NCBI RefSeq assembly: GCF_028368995.1
Contig: NZ_JAQNDL010000001.1
Span: 3,808,001 to 3,872,000 of the forward strand
Reading direction: 5' to 3'
Origin: Nannocystis bainbridge
GTDB lineage: Bacteria; Myxococcota_A; Polyangia; Nannocystales; Nannocystaceae
Length of the DNA: 64,000 nucleotides
Position numbers and translations under genes: made by a program. The notes under the pieces were generated by a model. It searched no databases. It was not told the origin of the DNA and worked only from the letters and a program-made list of their open reading frames with translations. Of the stretch, positions 1 to 9,183 are shown one piece after another (the stretch's first letter is position 1; every line of letters begins with the position of its first letter).

Positions 1-373
1 GAAGACCAACCTCGTCTTCGCGCTGATCGTCTTCATCGTCTACAACGTCGCTGGCGTGGTGCGGAACGGCTTCGGCTACCTCGCTCACTTCCTCGGCCCG
101 AAGATCGGCGGGTTCCCCTGGCTGTTCTTCCTGTTCTTGCCGATCGAGATCGTCAGCCACCTGGCCCGTCCGGTCTCGCTGTCCTTGCGCCTCACCGGCA
201 ACATCGTCGCTGACCACAAGGTCGTCGGCGTGGTCGCCCTGATGGTGCCGCTGCTGGTGCCGCTGCCGTTCCTCCTGCTGGGTACGGTCGTGGCGATCGT
301 CCAGACCCTCGTCTTCACCTTGCTGACCATCATCTTCATCGGCCTCGCCGTCGAGCACGCCGAAGAGCACTGA
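1..373 (+). CDS. atpB: ATP synthase F0 subunit a (C-terminal part; 5' end outside window)
   Basis: PIEIVSHLARPVSLSLRLTGNI..H motif with conserved Arg; QTLVFTLL C-terminal helix; directly upstream of subunit c. Confidence 0.95.
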   Translation, partial: KTNLVFALIVFIVYNVAGVVRNGFGYLAHFLGPKIGGFPWLFFLFLPIEIVSHLARPVSLSLRLTGNIVADHKVVGVVALMVPLLVPLPFLLLGTVVAIVQTLVFTLLTIIFIGLAVEHAEEH

Positions 374-414
374 GCCCCCTGTCCTCGCGGCCCTGGCCGT
401 TTCGGAGCTGTCCC

Positions 415-756
415 ATGCGCAACATCACCAAGATCGCCTCCTTCCTGTTCACCTTCCTCGTCCCCGCGATCGTCCTGGCCGCTCCCGCTGGTGCTGCCGA
501 GACCTCCGGCTCCGAGCGCTCGATCTACGGCTTCGCCATGGCGATCGCCATCGGCCTCGCCGCGCTCGGCGGTGGCCTGGGCCAGGGTCGCGCCGTCGCG
601 GCCGCCCTCGAGGGCATCTGCCGCAACCCGAACAGCGCCGGCAAGGTCCTCGTCCCGATGCTCCTCGGCCTCGCCTTCATCGAGTCGCTGGTCATCTTCG
701 CCCTCATCATCGCCTTCACCCTCGGCGGCTACGTCGCCCCGACGATCGGCGGCTGA
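415..756 (+). CDS. atpE: ATP synthase F0 subunit c
   Basis: GLAALGGGLGQG, RNP loop, LAFIESL with proton-carrying Glu. Confidence 0.95.
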   Translation: MRNITKIASFLFTFLVPAIVLAAPAGAAETSGSERSIYGFAMAIAIGLAALGGGLGQGRAVAAALEGICRNPNSAGKVLVPMLLGLAFIESLVIFALIIAFTLGGYVAPTIGG

Positions 757-788
757 GCAGCCCCGAGCCGCTCCGGCTCTTCGGCCTC

Positions 789-830
789 CACGAGCCCCTC
801 GGACCTCGCGTCCGCGGGGCTTCGTGTTTA
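789..830 (+). terminator. Putative intrinsic terminator after atpE
   Basis: CACGAGCCCCTCGGAC / GTCCGCGGGGCTTCGTG inverted repeat followed by TTTA. Confidence 0.55.
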
Positions 831-850
831 ATTCAGGCCTGACTTTTCGC

Positions 851-883
851 GCATGTCCGATGCGACATGTCCCATCGGACATC
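851..883. repeat. 14-bp-phased TGTC-N6-GACA array
   Basis: TGTC at 854 and 868, GACA at 864 and 878. Confidence 0.75.
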
Positions 884-937
884 GCGGTCGACCTGCGCAT
901 CAGGAATGATCCCCCGGCGCACCCCGCCGAGCTGACC

Positions 938-1122
938 GCCGCGACCACGCCCTCGTCGTCGCCCGCCTCCCGCTCGTCGCGCCACGACAACGCCCTCGTC
1001 GTCGCCCGCCTCCTGCTCGTCGCGCCGCGCCGACCCCTCGTCGTCGCCAGGCTCCCGCTCGTCGCGCCGCGACGACGCCCTCGTCGTCGCCAGCCTCCCG
1101 CTCGTCGCGCCGGGACGAACGC
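938..1122. repeat. About 4 tandem copies of a 42-43 bp repeat
   Basis: CCTCGTCGTCGCC starts at 951, 994, 1036, 1079. Confidence 0.85.
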
Positions 1123-1433
1123 CTCGTCTCGCCGGAACGAACGCCGAACTTTTCGCGAGAAAGCGTCTGTTCGGCGGCCAGCCCTGGCCGACGAACAGGC
1201 GCCGCCGATCGCCGCCTGGGCGTCCCTCGCAGCGGAGCCGAGGACGGCGGTCGGGCCTCTCACGGCTGCAGCCGTGCTCGGGGTTCGGGGGAGGGTCGGC
1301 GACGAATACGAGACAGGATGGCCGCGAGGAACGAGCGTCCATCCAGACGCTGAACTCGTCGCCGACCCTCCCCCGGACCCCTTGCGAGGCGCAGTCGGCA
1401 ATATGCGAAGCAGCCTGCCCCCCTCGAGCGAGC

Positions 1434-2345
1434 TCAGTAGGGACTGGGCATCTCGCTCTTGCGGTCCGCCCCCGCCACCGACCGCTCGATGTACTCGATG
1501 ATCGAGTCCGCCACATCGATCTCGGTCGTCCGCTCGATCCCCTCGAGCCCTGGCGAAGAGTTCACCTCGAGCACCACCGGACCGCGGCGGCTGCGGAGGA
1601 TATCGACCCCTGCCACCTTCAGTCCCAGGATCGCGGCGGCGCGGACCGCCGTCGAGCGTTCCTTCGGCGTCAGCTTGATCTTCGTCGCCTTCCCGCCGCG
1701 GTGGAGGTTCGAGCGGAACTCGCCTGGTGCGCCCTGGCGCTTCATCGCTGCCACCACCCGGTTGCCGATCACGAACGCCCGGATGTCCGCGCCTTCGGCT
1801 TCCTTCACGAACTCCTGGACCAGGATGTTCACGTCGAGCCCGCGGAACGCCTCGATCACGCTGCGAGCGGCTGCCGGCGTATCGGCCAGCACCACCCCGA
1901 TCCCTTGCGTCCCCTCGAGCATCTTCACCACCACTGGTGGTCCGCCGATCACCTCGAGCAGGCCCTCGATGTCCTTGATCGAGTGGCCGAACCCCGTGAT
2001 CGGCAGCCCGATGCCTTTCGCCGCCAGGATCTGCATCGTCCGCAGCTTGTCGCGCGAGCGCGAGATCGCCTGCGAGCGGTTCGGCGTGAACACCCCCATC
2101 ATCTCGAACTGGCGGACCACCGCCGTCCCGTAGAACGTATTGGAAGCCCCGATCCGCGGGATGATCGCGTCGACATCGCGCAGGTCTTCGCCGTGGTAGA
2201 CCACGTGGGGTCGGCTCGACGTGATGTTCATGTAGCAGCGCAGGTAGTCGACCACCTGCACCTCGTGCCCGCGATGCTCGGCCGCCTCGCGCAGGCGGCT
2301 GGTCGAGTACAGCGACCCGTCACGCGACAAGATCGCGATCTTCAC
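1434..2345 (-). CDS. rimK: RimK family alpha-L-glutamate ligase (ATP-grasp)
   Basis: [52 protein letters not shown]; GTG start at 2345 overlaps upstream stop. Confidence 0.95.
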   Translation of the reverse strand: MKIAILSRDGSLYSTSRLREAAEHRGHEVQVVDYLRCYMNITSSRPHVVYHGEDLRDVDAIIPRIGASNTFYGTAVVRQFEMMGVFTPNRSQAISRSRDKLRTMQILAAKGIGLPITGFGHSIKDIEGLLEVIGGPPVVVKMLEGTQGIGVVLADTPAAARSVIEAFRGLDVNILVQEFVKEAEGADIRAFVIGNRVVAAMKRQGAPGEFRSNLHRGGKATKIKLTPKERSTAVRAAAILGLKVAGVDILRSRRGPVVLEVNSSPGLEGIERTTEIDVADSIIEYIERSVAGADRKSEMPSPY

Positions 2346-2812
2346 GACACCCTCCGCAGCTTGTGACCGCAGCAGAAGCTCCGCTGTGGGTCGACGAGGA
2401 AGCGCCCGCGCACGGCTTCGCGTCCGAGCAGCATACGAAAGCCGAGCAGCGCTCGGTTGGACAGCGTCAGCTCCACGTCGAACTCGAGCGAGCCGACGCG
2501 GATCGGCGTCTGCACCACGGGTCGCAGCTCGCTGTGGCCGCCGGAGGTCCGGACCACGCGCTCGTCGACCATCATCGCCTCCGACACCACGGCGTCGCCG
2601 TCGTGGTTCTGATGCGGATGGACGCGGAAGCGGACCCTCGCGTTCGGCAGCTTTTCGACGCCAAACGCGTGCAGAGCGGAGGTACGGGCCCCGGTATCGA
2701 CCTTGACCTTGAGCGCGCCGATCCCCAGATCGGGCAACGCCACCCACTCGCGCCAACCGAGCACCACCAGGGCATCGACCCCGAGCGTCGTCATCACCAC
2801 CACTCGCTTCAC
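2342..2812 (-). CDS. RimK-associated putative ATP-dependent zinc protease (retropepsin-like)
   Basis: [26 protein letters not shown] motifs; coupled to rimK; start approximate. Confidence 0.9.
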   Translation of the reverse strand: MKRVVVMTTLGVDALVVLGWREWVALPDLGIGALKVKVDTGARTSALHAFGVEKLPNARVRFRVHPHQNHDGDAVVSEAMMVDERVVRTSGGHSELRPVVQTPIRVGSLEFDVELTLSNRALLGFRMLLGREAVRGRFLVDPQRSFCCGHKLRRVS

Positions 2813-2949
2813 CTCGTCGGCGCGTGCGCCAGGGCTAACGCTTGCCGAACTCGATGATACGGTCAAGCACACGCCCCCCGGCGCGACCGTAGCGCGCTGC
2901 GGGGGGCGTGCGACCTCACGCTTTTTGGTGAGGTGGTGACTGTGTCTGC

Positions 2950-3381
2950 TCACTCGTCGGCGAACTCGACATCTTCGCCGTGCGTGTCACACGGACCGAG
3001 CTCCTCGGGCTCGGCTGCGAGCGCGTCGGAGGCCGGGGCGGGGACCTCGCCTGCGTGCGTCGGGCGCGGCCGGATCGTCAGCCCCTCGCGGGCGCCGAGG
3101 CCTTCCGTGTGAGTGAACACGAGCGGGTTGCGGAGCTCCTTCAGCCCCTCCGGGCGCTGGTGCGGCCGGTGCGTCAAGAGCCGCTCGTCGGTCAGCTCGA
3201 GCGGACCTGCCTCGAGCTCCGCATCGAGCGCATCGAGCTCCTCGGCGGACATCACCTCGAGGTCCTCGACCGTCACACCGAGCGACTCGTAGGTCGCGGC
3301 ATCGTCACAGCCGGGGGCGACGACGGTCGCGGCGGTGAGAGCGGTGAGGGTGAGCGTGCGGATACGGGTGAAGATCGACAT
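2950..3381 (-). CDS. Hypothetical lipoprotein
   Basis: Signal peptide ending in APGC; acidic mature part; host-like codon use. Confidence 0.65.
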   Translation of the reverse strand: MSIFTRIRTLTLTALTAATVVAPGCDDAATYESLGVTVEDLEVMSAEELDALDAELEAGPLELTDERLLTHRPHQRPEGLKELRNPLVFTHTEGLGAREGLTIRPRPTHAGEVPAPASDALAAEPEELGPCDTHGEDVEFADE

Positions 3382-3536
3382 GGCCGGGAATCCTTTTGTG
3401 GTCCGCTGCTGGACCGGGATGCCGCCCCCTTTACAATCCTCGCGCCGTCGCGTTTCTCCTTGAAATTATTCAATTTCGCAGCGGAGCACCGATCGCCGCC
3501 GCAACACCCGTCGCCAGCGCTGCGGCCTGCCGCCGG

Positions 3537-4154
3537 CTACTCCGGTTGCCACGCGCGGCTCGCCGCCGCCGTGAACTCGGCGCGCCAGACCGGTCCGTGC
3601 ACCAGCAGCTCGAACGCCGCCGCTGCGAGCCCGAGCCCGAGCGCCACCAGCAGCCCGAGTCCGAGCGGCGCTGGCAGGCGCGAAAAGGGCGCCGTCAGCA
3701 CGCGCAGCCCCGGGATGAGCACCCCTGCCGCCGCCAGGTAATTGGCGAAGCCCATGCCGAACGAGAACCCGACGAACCACAGCAGCCGCTGTTGCGGCGG
3801 CCAGCCTGTCGGCGCCCGCGGGTCGACGATCCCCAGCGACACGTCGAACGCCTGCAGCGTCACCAGCCCGACGTACGTGAGCGCCAGCGCGAACGTGTAG
3901 CGCACCGGCCGCGAGTCGATCGCCATCCACCGCGGCATCCGGCGCGCGTGCTCCCCGTAGTCGAGGCGCCCCTCGAGCGCGCCGGCGACCAGCAGCAGCG
4001 GGAAGCAGGCCCACAGCATCGCCGCGTGGGCCTGCGCCGGGATTTGCCCGCCGAAGCCGTCGAACCGCGACAACACCATCGCCGCGAACACCAGCGCGAA
4101 CAGCCAGAACAGCGGCGCCACCGCGGCCGGCGCCAGGTCTTGCTTGCGGGCCAC
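3537..4154 (-). CDS. Hypothetical membrane protein
   Basis: Several hydrophobic segments; 3 bp downstream of the YkgJ-like gene. Confidence 0.7.
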   Translation of the reverse strand: MARKQDLAPAAVAPLFWLFALVFAAMVLSRFDGFGGQIPAQAHAAMLWACFPLLLVAGALEGRLDYGEHARRMPRWMAIDSRPVRYTFALALTYVGLVTLQAFDVSLGIVDPRAPTGWPPQQRLLWFVGFSFGMGFANYLAAAGVLIPGLRVLTAPFSRLPAPLGLGLLVALGLGLAAAAFELLVHGPVWRAEFTAAASRAWQPE

Positions 4155-4157
4155 CGC

Positions 4158-4562
4158 TCACCCCGTCCGTCGGTTCATCGTCCGCCGCGTCGGGTACGGC
4201 AGCCCGGCCGCCGCGCGCAGCCCGGCGCAGATCTCGAGCGCGTCGCCTGGCCGCCACTTCATCGGAAACCCCACGCACTGCGTCGGCTTGAGCGCGTGCA
4301 CCTCGCAGGTGTTCTCCGGCGTCAGGTACACGCACGAGCGCAGCGCGTCCCCCTGGTCGATCAGACAGGTCGCCCCGTCCTCGCGCCGAACCGTATAACG
4401 GGCCAGGTACGCCGCTTCCTCCAGCCCCGCGTGGGCCGCCAGCCGCGTCACGTCGTCCGCCGTCAGGACCACGTCGCCGTCGCCGCGGCAGCAGTTGCCG
4501 CAGCGATGGCACGCGAACTCGGACACCTCGTAAGGCCACTCGCTCTCGGGGGGCGCCGCCAT
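4158..4562 (-). CDS. YkgJ family cysteine-cluster protein
   Basis: FACHRCGNCC ... CVYL ... CEVH..KP.QC..FP. Confidence 0.9.
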   Translation of the reverse strand: MAAPPESEWPYEVSEFACHRCGNCCRGDGDVVLTADDVTRLAAHAGLEEAAYLARYTVRREDGATCLIDQGDALRSCVYLTPENTCEVHALKPTQCVGFPMKWRPGDALEICAGLRAAAGLPYPTRRTMNRRTG

Positions 4563-4714
4563 CGGCCGGACTATCGCCGCGCTCGCCGCCCGCGTCGAGC
4601 CCCCGCTGCGCCGCCTCGCTCACCCCGCGTCGAGCCTCCGCGGCGCCGCCACCGGCCGATCGCCGCCGCGCTCGTCGCCCGCGTCGAGCCCCCCGGGCGT
4701 GGCATCATCCGGGC

Positions 4715-6100
4715 GTGCTGCCTCGCCTGCTCCTCGCCAGCGCCATCCTCTCCGCCTGCGCCGCGAGGCCGGCGCCGCCGCCCCAGCCCGCGGCCGTATG
4801 TCCGGTCCCCGAGCGCGACGCCCCGCTCGTGCGCGCCGCCGACCTGTCCCCGGAGACAGCCGCCGCCGAGGCCCTCCTCCTGCGCAACGCCCGGCTCATC
4901 GACGGCAGCGGCGGCGCCCCGCAGCTCGGCGTCGACATCCTCCTCAAGGCCGGGCGGATCGCCGAGATCGGCAAGGGCCTCGCCGCGCCTGCTGGCGCCG
5001 CCGTCATCGACCTCGGCGGCCGCACCCTCCTGCCCGGCCTCATCGATGCCCACACCCACCTCCTCGGCCACATGCCCGCCTCGCACGCCGAGGCCGTCAT
5101 GCTCGAGGTCCAGGAGAGCGACGCCGACCTCGCCTTGCGCGGCGTCGCCCACGCGCGCGCCACCTTGCTGGCCGGCTTCACCACCGTGCGCGACGTCGGC
5201 GGCACCTTCGCCATCCGCAGCCTGCGCGACGCCATCGCCGCCGGACGGATCGCCGGCCCGCGGATCGTCGCTGCCAACCACGCCATCGGCATCACCGGCG
5301 GCCACTGTGACGACACCAACGGCCTGCGCCCCGAAGTCTTCGGCGGCCCGCCCGACTTTCGCGCCGGCATCGCCGACGGCCCCGACGACGTGCGCAAGGC
5401 CGTGCGCCACCAGATCAAGCTCGGCGCCGACGTCATCAAGGTCTGCGCCACCGGCGGCGTGCTCAGCTCCGGCGACGGCGTCGGCGACCCGCAGCTCACC
5501 CCGGCCGAGCTCACCGCCATCGTCGACGAGGCCGCCCGCGCCGGGCGCAAGGTCGCCGCGCACGCCCACGGCACCGAGGGCATCAAGGACGCCGTGCGCG
5601 CCGGCGTGCACAGCATCGAGCACGGCAGCCTGCTCGACGCCGACGCCATCGCCCTCATGAAGAAGAAGGGCACCTTCCTCGTGCCCACCGTCTACGTCGG
5701 CCGCGTCGTCGAGCAGGCCGCCGAGACCGGCAAGCTCGCGCCCGACAGCGCCGCCAAGGCCCGCTTCATCGCCCCGCGCATGCGCGACAGCTTCGCCCGC
5801 GCCGTCAAGGCCGGCGTCAAGATCGCCTTCGGCACCGACGCCGGCGTCTTCCCCCACGGCGACAACGCCCGCGAGTTCGCCGTCATGGTCGACCTCGGCA
5901 TGGCCCCCAAGGACGCCATCGTCGCCGCCACCCGCAGCGCCGCCGAGCTGCTCGGCCTGCGCGACCTCGGCCAGGTCAAGCCCGGCTTCATCGCCGACCT
6001 GCTCGTCGTCGACGGCGACCCCCTCACCGACATCCGCGTGCTCGAGCGCCCCGCGCTGGTCGTCCAGGGCGGTCGTCCCGTGCGGCCACCCGCCTGGTGA
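4715..6100 (+). CDS. Metal-dependent amidohydrolase (Xaa-Pro dipeptidase-like), lipoprotein
   Basis: PGLIDAHTH, GFTTVRDVG, AHAHG, SIEHG, FGTDAG; LSAC lipobox. Confidence 0.92.
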   Translation: MLPRLLLASAILSACAARPAPPPQPAAVCPVPERDAPLVRAADLSPETAAAEALLLRNARLIDGSGGAPQLGVDILLKAGRIAEIGKGLAAPAGAAVIDLGGRTLLPGLIDAHTHLLGHMPASHAEAVMLEVQESDADLALRGVAHARATLLAGFTTVRDVGGTFAIRSLRDAIAAGRIAGPRIVAANHAIGITGGHCDDTNGLRPEVFGGPPDFRAGIADGPDDVRKAVRHQIKLGADVIKVCATGGVLSSGDGVGDPQLTPAELTAIVDEAARAGRKVAAHAHGTEGIKDAVRAGVHSIEHGSLLDADAIALMKKKGTFLVPTVYVGRVVEQAAETGKLAPDSAAKARFIAPRMRDSFARAVKAGVKIAFGTDAGVFPHGDNAREFAVMVDLGMAPKDAIVAATRSAAELLGLRDLGQVKPGFIADLLVVDGDPLTDIRVLERPALVVQGGRPVRPPAW

Positions 6101-6303
6101 TACCGAGCCTGCGGGTCGTCCAGGGCGGTCGTCCCGTGCAGCCATCCGCCTGTTGATGATGCCCCGAGCGTGCAGGAGGCCGCGCGCGCGTCGCCCAGGG
6201 CCGTCGTCCCGTGCAGCCGCCGCCTGAGCACGCCCCGAGCGTGCAGGGGCGCCCCGCGCGAGTCACCGGGCCGGTCGTCCCGTGCGGCCGCCCGCCTGGT
6301 GAT
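6061..6303. repeat. Four degenerate ~40-bp copies of the amidohydrolase 3' end
   Basis: GTCGTCCCGTGC core at 6072, 6128, 6203, 6274. Confidence 0.8.
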
Positions 6304-6321
6304 GTGCCAAACTTCGCGCGC

Positions 6322-6924
6322 GTGCACTCCCTCCCGCGCGACCTCAGCCTGCGGCTCGACCCCATCGGCGACCCGTTGCCCGACCCCGCGCCGCTCCGCC
6401 ACGCGGCAGTGCTCGCCCCGATCTTGATCGAGGAGACCCCCGGCGACGGCCCCCGCCTCCTCCTCATCGAGCGCGCCGGCAACCTGCGCAACCACCCCGG
6501 CCAGATCGCCTTCCCTGGCGGCAAGCCCGACCCCGAGGACCGCGACCTCGTCGCCACCGCCCTGCGCGAGGCCTGGGAGGAGGTCGCCCTGCCGCCGGAG
6601 CGGGTCACCATCCTCGGCCGCCTCAGCCCCGTCCCCGTCCCCACCGGCTACCTCATCATCCCCTTCGTCGGCCTCGTCGACGGCCCCTTCGTCCCCACCC
6701 ACGCCGAGGCCGAGGTCACCGCCGTCCTCATGCCGTCCTTCCGCCGCGTCGCCGACCCCGCCCTCTACCGCTTCGCCGGCGAGCGCGAGTGGCAGGGCCA
6801 GCGCTACGAGCTGCACGAGTTCCAGATCCACGAACCCCCGCTGTGGGGCGCCACGGCCCGCATCGTCTACGACCTGCTGCAGCGCCTCGACCTCGCCCCT
6901 GCCCGCCCGCCCGAGGCGCCGTGA
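6322..6924 (+). CDS. Nudix hydrolase, CoA pyrophosphatase (NudL-like)
   Basis: AAVL, HPGQIAFPGG..D.ED....TALREAWEE Nudix box, LWGATA; start approximate. Confidence 0.9.
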   Translation: MHSLPRDLSLRLDPIGDPLPDPAPLRHAAVLAPILIEETPGDGPRLLLIERAGNLRNHPGQIAFPGGKPDPEDRDLVATALREAWEEVALPPERVTILGRLSPVPVPTGYLIIPFVGLVDGPFVPTHAEAEVTAVLMPSFRRVADPALYRFAGEREWQGQRYELHEFQIHEPPLWGATARIVYDLLQRLDLAPARPPEAP

Positions 6925-8240
6925 TGCCGCCTGTCCCCAAAGACAGGGATTCACTGGATCTCTCTGCGACCTCCCACGCGCCGAAGGGACTCGCTTCGGA
7001 CCCGCCGGGCAGCGCACAACCTGTCCCCGAGGACACCTCACTCGCCCCCGCCGTCTCACCTGTCCCCGAGGACACCTCACTCACCCTCACCCCTGCGATC
7101 CTCGCCCGCCTCGCCGCCGTCGCCGAGGCGAGCGGCCTATTAAAACTCGGCGTCGTCCGCCTCGACCATCCTGGCTTCGTCCCTGCGCGCGCCGCTCTGG
7201 ACGCCTACGTCGCCGCCGGCAAGGCTGGTGACATGGACTTCATCCCGCGCACCCTCGACCTGCGCAAAGATCCGTCCGGCATGCTCCCTGGCGCGCGCAC
7301 CATGCTCGTCGCCGCCGTCCCTTACGGCGGCGAGCCGGGCCCGATCGCCCGCTACGCCCGCACCGTCGACTACCACACCGTCGTCCACCAGCGCCTCATC
7401 GCCCTCGAGGCCGCCCTGCACGCCGAGCTCCCCGGCGTACGCAGCCTGATCTGCGTCGACACCAAGCCCGTCCTCGAGCGCAGCGCCGCCGCCCTCGCTG
7501 GCCTCGGCTTCATCGGCAAGCACGGCTGCCTCATCGTCCCTGGCCTCGGCAGCTACGTTCTGCTCGGCGAGCTCCTCTGCACCGCCGACTGGTCCGAACC
7601 ACCTCCCTCCGCCCCGCCCCGGGGCGTCCCGTGGGACGCTTGCGGCGCCTGCACCCGCTGCCTCGACGCCTGCCCCACCGCCGCCTTCGACGCCCCTGGC
7701 CAGCTCGACCCCCGGCGCTGCCTCAGCTACCTCACCATCGAGCACCGCGGGCCTGTCCCCGAGGACATGTCCGAAAAGTTCGGCGAGCGCCTGGCCGGCT
7801 GCGACGTGTGCCAGGAGGTCTGCCCCTACAACGCCGGCCTCGGCCGCAATGCGCGGATCCCCACGGTCGCCTGGCTCCCGCCCGCGCCCCGGCCCGCGCC
7901 CACCGTCACCGCCATGGCCGCGCTCGGCGGCGCCCAGTACCGCGGCTTCGTCCGCCACACCGCCCTGCGGCGAATCCCCCACCGCCTCATGCGCCGCAAC
8001 GCCCTGCTCGCGCTCGGCAACCGCACCGGCGCCCCCGACCCCGACGAGCGCCACGCCTTCGCCGCCGGCCTGCTCGAGCCCGACTCACGCGTCCACGACG
8101 CCGCCCGCTGGGCCGCCGCCCGCCGCGGCCTCGACGAGCAGGCCCTGACCCCCGAGCTCGAGCAGATCCGCCGCGAACGCGAGGCAGCAGCCGCCGCCGC
8201 CCTCGCCGCCGCCGAGGCCCGCGAGCAGGAAGACGACTGA
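6924..8240 (+). CDS. queG: tRNA epoxyqueuosine(34) reductase
   Basis: IARYA...DYH, VDTKPVLER, GLGFIGKH, CGACTRCLDACPT, CLSYLTIE, GCDVCQEVCPYN; ATG overlaps upstream TGA. Confidence 0.93.
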   Translation: MPPVPKDRDSLDLSATSHAPKGLASDPPGSAQPVPEDTSLAPAVSPVPEDTSLTLTPAILARLAAVAEASGLLKLGVVRLDHPGFVPARAALDAYVAAGKAGDMDFIPRTLDLRKDPSGMLPGARTMLVAAVPYGGEPGPIARYARTVDYHTVVHQRLIALEAALHAELPGVRSLICVDTKPVLERSAAALAGLGFIGKHGCLIVPGLGSYVLLGELLCTADWSEPPPSAPPRGVPWDACGACTRCLDACPTAAFDAPGQLDPRRCLSYLTIEHRGPVPEDMSEKFGERLAGCDVCQEVCPYNAGLGRNARIPTVAWLPPAPRPAPTVTAMAALGGAQYRGFVRHTALRRIPHRLMRRNALLALGNRTGAPDPDERHAFAAGLLEPDSRVHDAARWAAARRGLDEQALTPELEQIRREREAAAAAALAAAEAREQEDD

Positions 8241-8270
8241 CTCCCGGCGCCCGTCGTCTTTCAAACTTTA

Positions 8271-8332
8271 TGACATGTCCTTGAAGACATTGTCGGAAGG
8301 ACATGCTCCCAAGAACATGTCCTTCACGCCAT
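8271..8332. repeat. 14-bp-phased GACATGTC array (5 units) between convergent genes
   Basis: CAT at 8274, 8288, 8302, 8316, 8330. Confidence 0.85.
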
Positions 8333-8426
8333 CTCTGTGAACCACACCTACAACTGCCTCATCCCCGCGCCGCCTGCCCCGGCCTCATCGCCGCAGCCCT
8401 GCTGACCGACGTCCCTTCGGACAGCC

Positions 8427-9176
8427 TCAGCTCCGCCCCGCCAGCCACGCCGTCATCGCCGCGTGCCCGCTGCGCAGCGCCGCCGGTCCCGCGTCGAGGC
8501 GGAACGGCGTCACTCGCGGCAGGTCGTCGACCATCAGCACCTTGCGGCCTGGCCCATCGGACAGCCCGTGCGGCACCCCGGCCGACAGCCCGCGCCACGG
8601 GCTGCGCGAGCGCAGCGCGTGGTGGAGCGCTCGCTCGCCCGGCTTCAGCGCGCACAGCCCCAGCCGGTCCGCCACCCCGCCGTCGAGCAGCAGTCGGCCC
8701 TCGTGGCGCAGCGGGCGGAACATCAGCGGCACCGTGCACGACGCCTGGATCGCCGGACCCAGCGGCCCCTGGTCGACCGCCCGGACCCGGCGCGAGCCCA
8801 CGTCGTAGACCACCGCCGCGAACGGCAGCCGGCAGTCCTCCACCTTGCGGACCCCGCGGTCGTCGAGCAGCGAGCGCAGCTTCGCCGCGAACTTCCCGCC
8901 CTTGAGCAGCCCCCCGAGCGGCAGCCCCGGGTCCCAGAAATCGGCCCGACGCAGGCGCAGCAGCTCCTCCGCCAGCTCGGTCGCCGACAGCCCCGAAGCC
9001 CACAGCCCGCCCGCCAGCGCCCCCGCGCTCACCCCCACGATCCGCCGCGGCGAAAGCCCGGCCTCCTCGAGCGCCTGCAGCACCCCCGTGTGGGCGAAGA
9101 AGCCGAAGAACCCGGCCGACAGGGCCAGCGTGAACGGCTCGGCGGCCAGCCACTCGCGATTGGAGGCGTGCGTCAT
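8427..9176 (-). CDS. Patatin-like phospholipase
   Basis: LSAGFFGFFAH.G, GVSAG nucleophile elbow, DGG. Confidence 0.9.
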   Translation of the reverse strand: MTHASNREWLAAEPFTLALSAGFFGFFAHTGVLQALEEAGLSPRRIVGVSAGALAGGLWASGLSATELAEELLRLRRADFWDPGLPLGGLLKGGKFAAKLRSLLDDRGVRKVEDCRLPFAAVVYDVGSRRVRAVDQGPLGPAIQASCTVPLMFRPLRHEGRLLLDGGVADRLGLCALKPGERALHHALRSRSPWRGLSAGVPHGLSDGPGRKVLMVDDLPRVTPFRLDAGPAALRSGHAAMTAWLAGRS

Positions 9177-9183
9177 GGATGAC

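Noticed and set aside
1-830. Truncated atp operon (no atpF after atpE)
   Set aside because: A split atpBE versus atpFHAGDC arrangement is common in deltaproteobacterial-type genomes
85-1516. Long ORFs spanning the atpE-rimK intergenic region
   Set aside because: Arg/Pro/Ala-rich shadow frames running through repeats; typical of high-GC DNA
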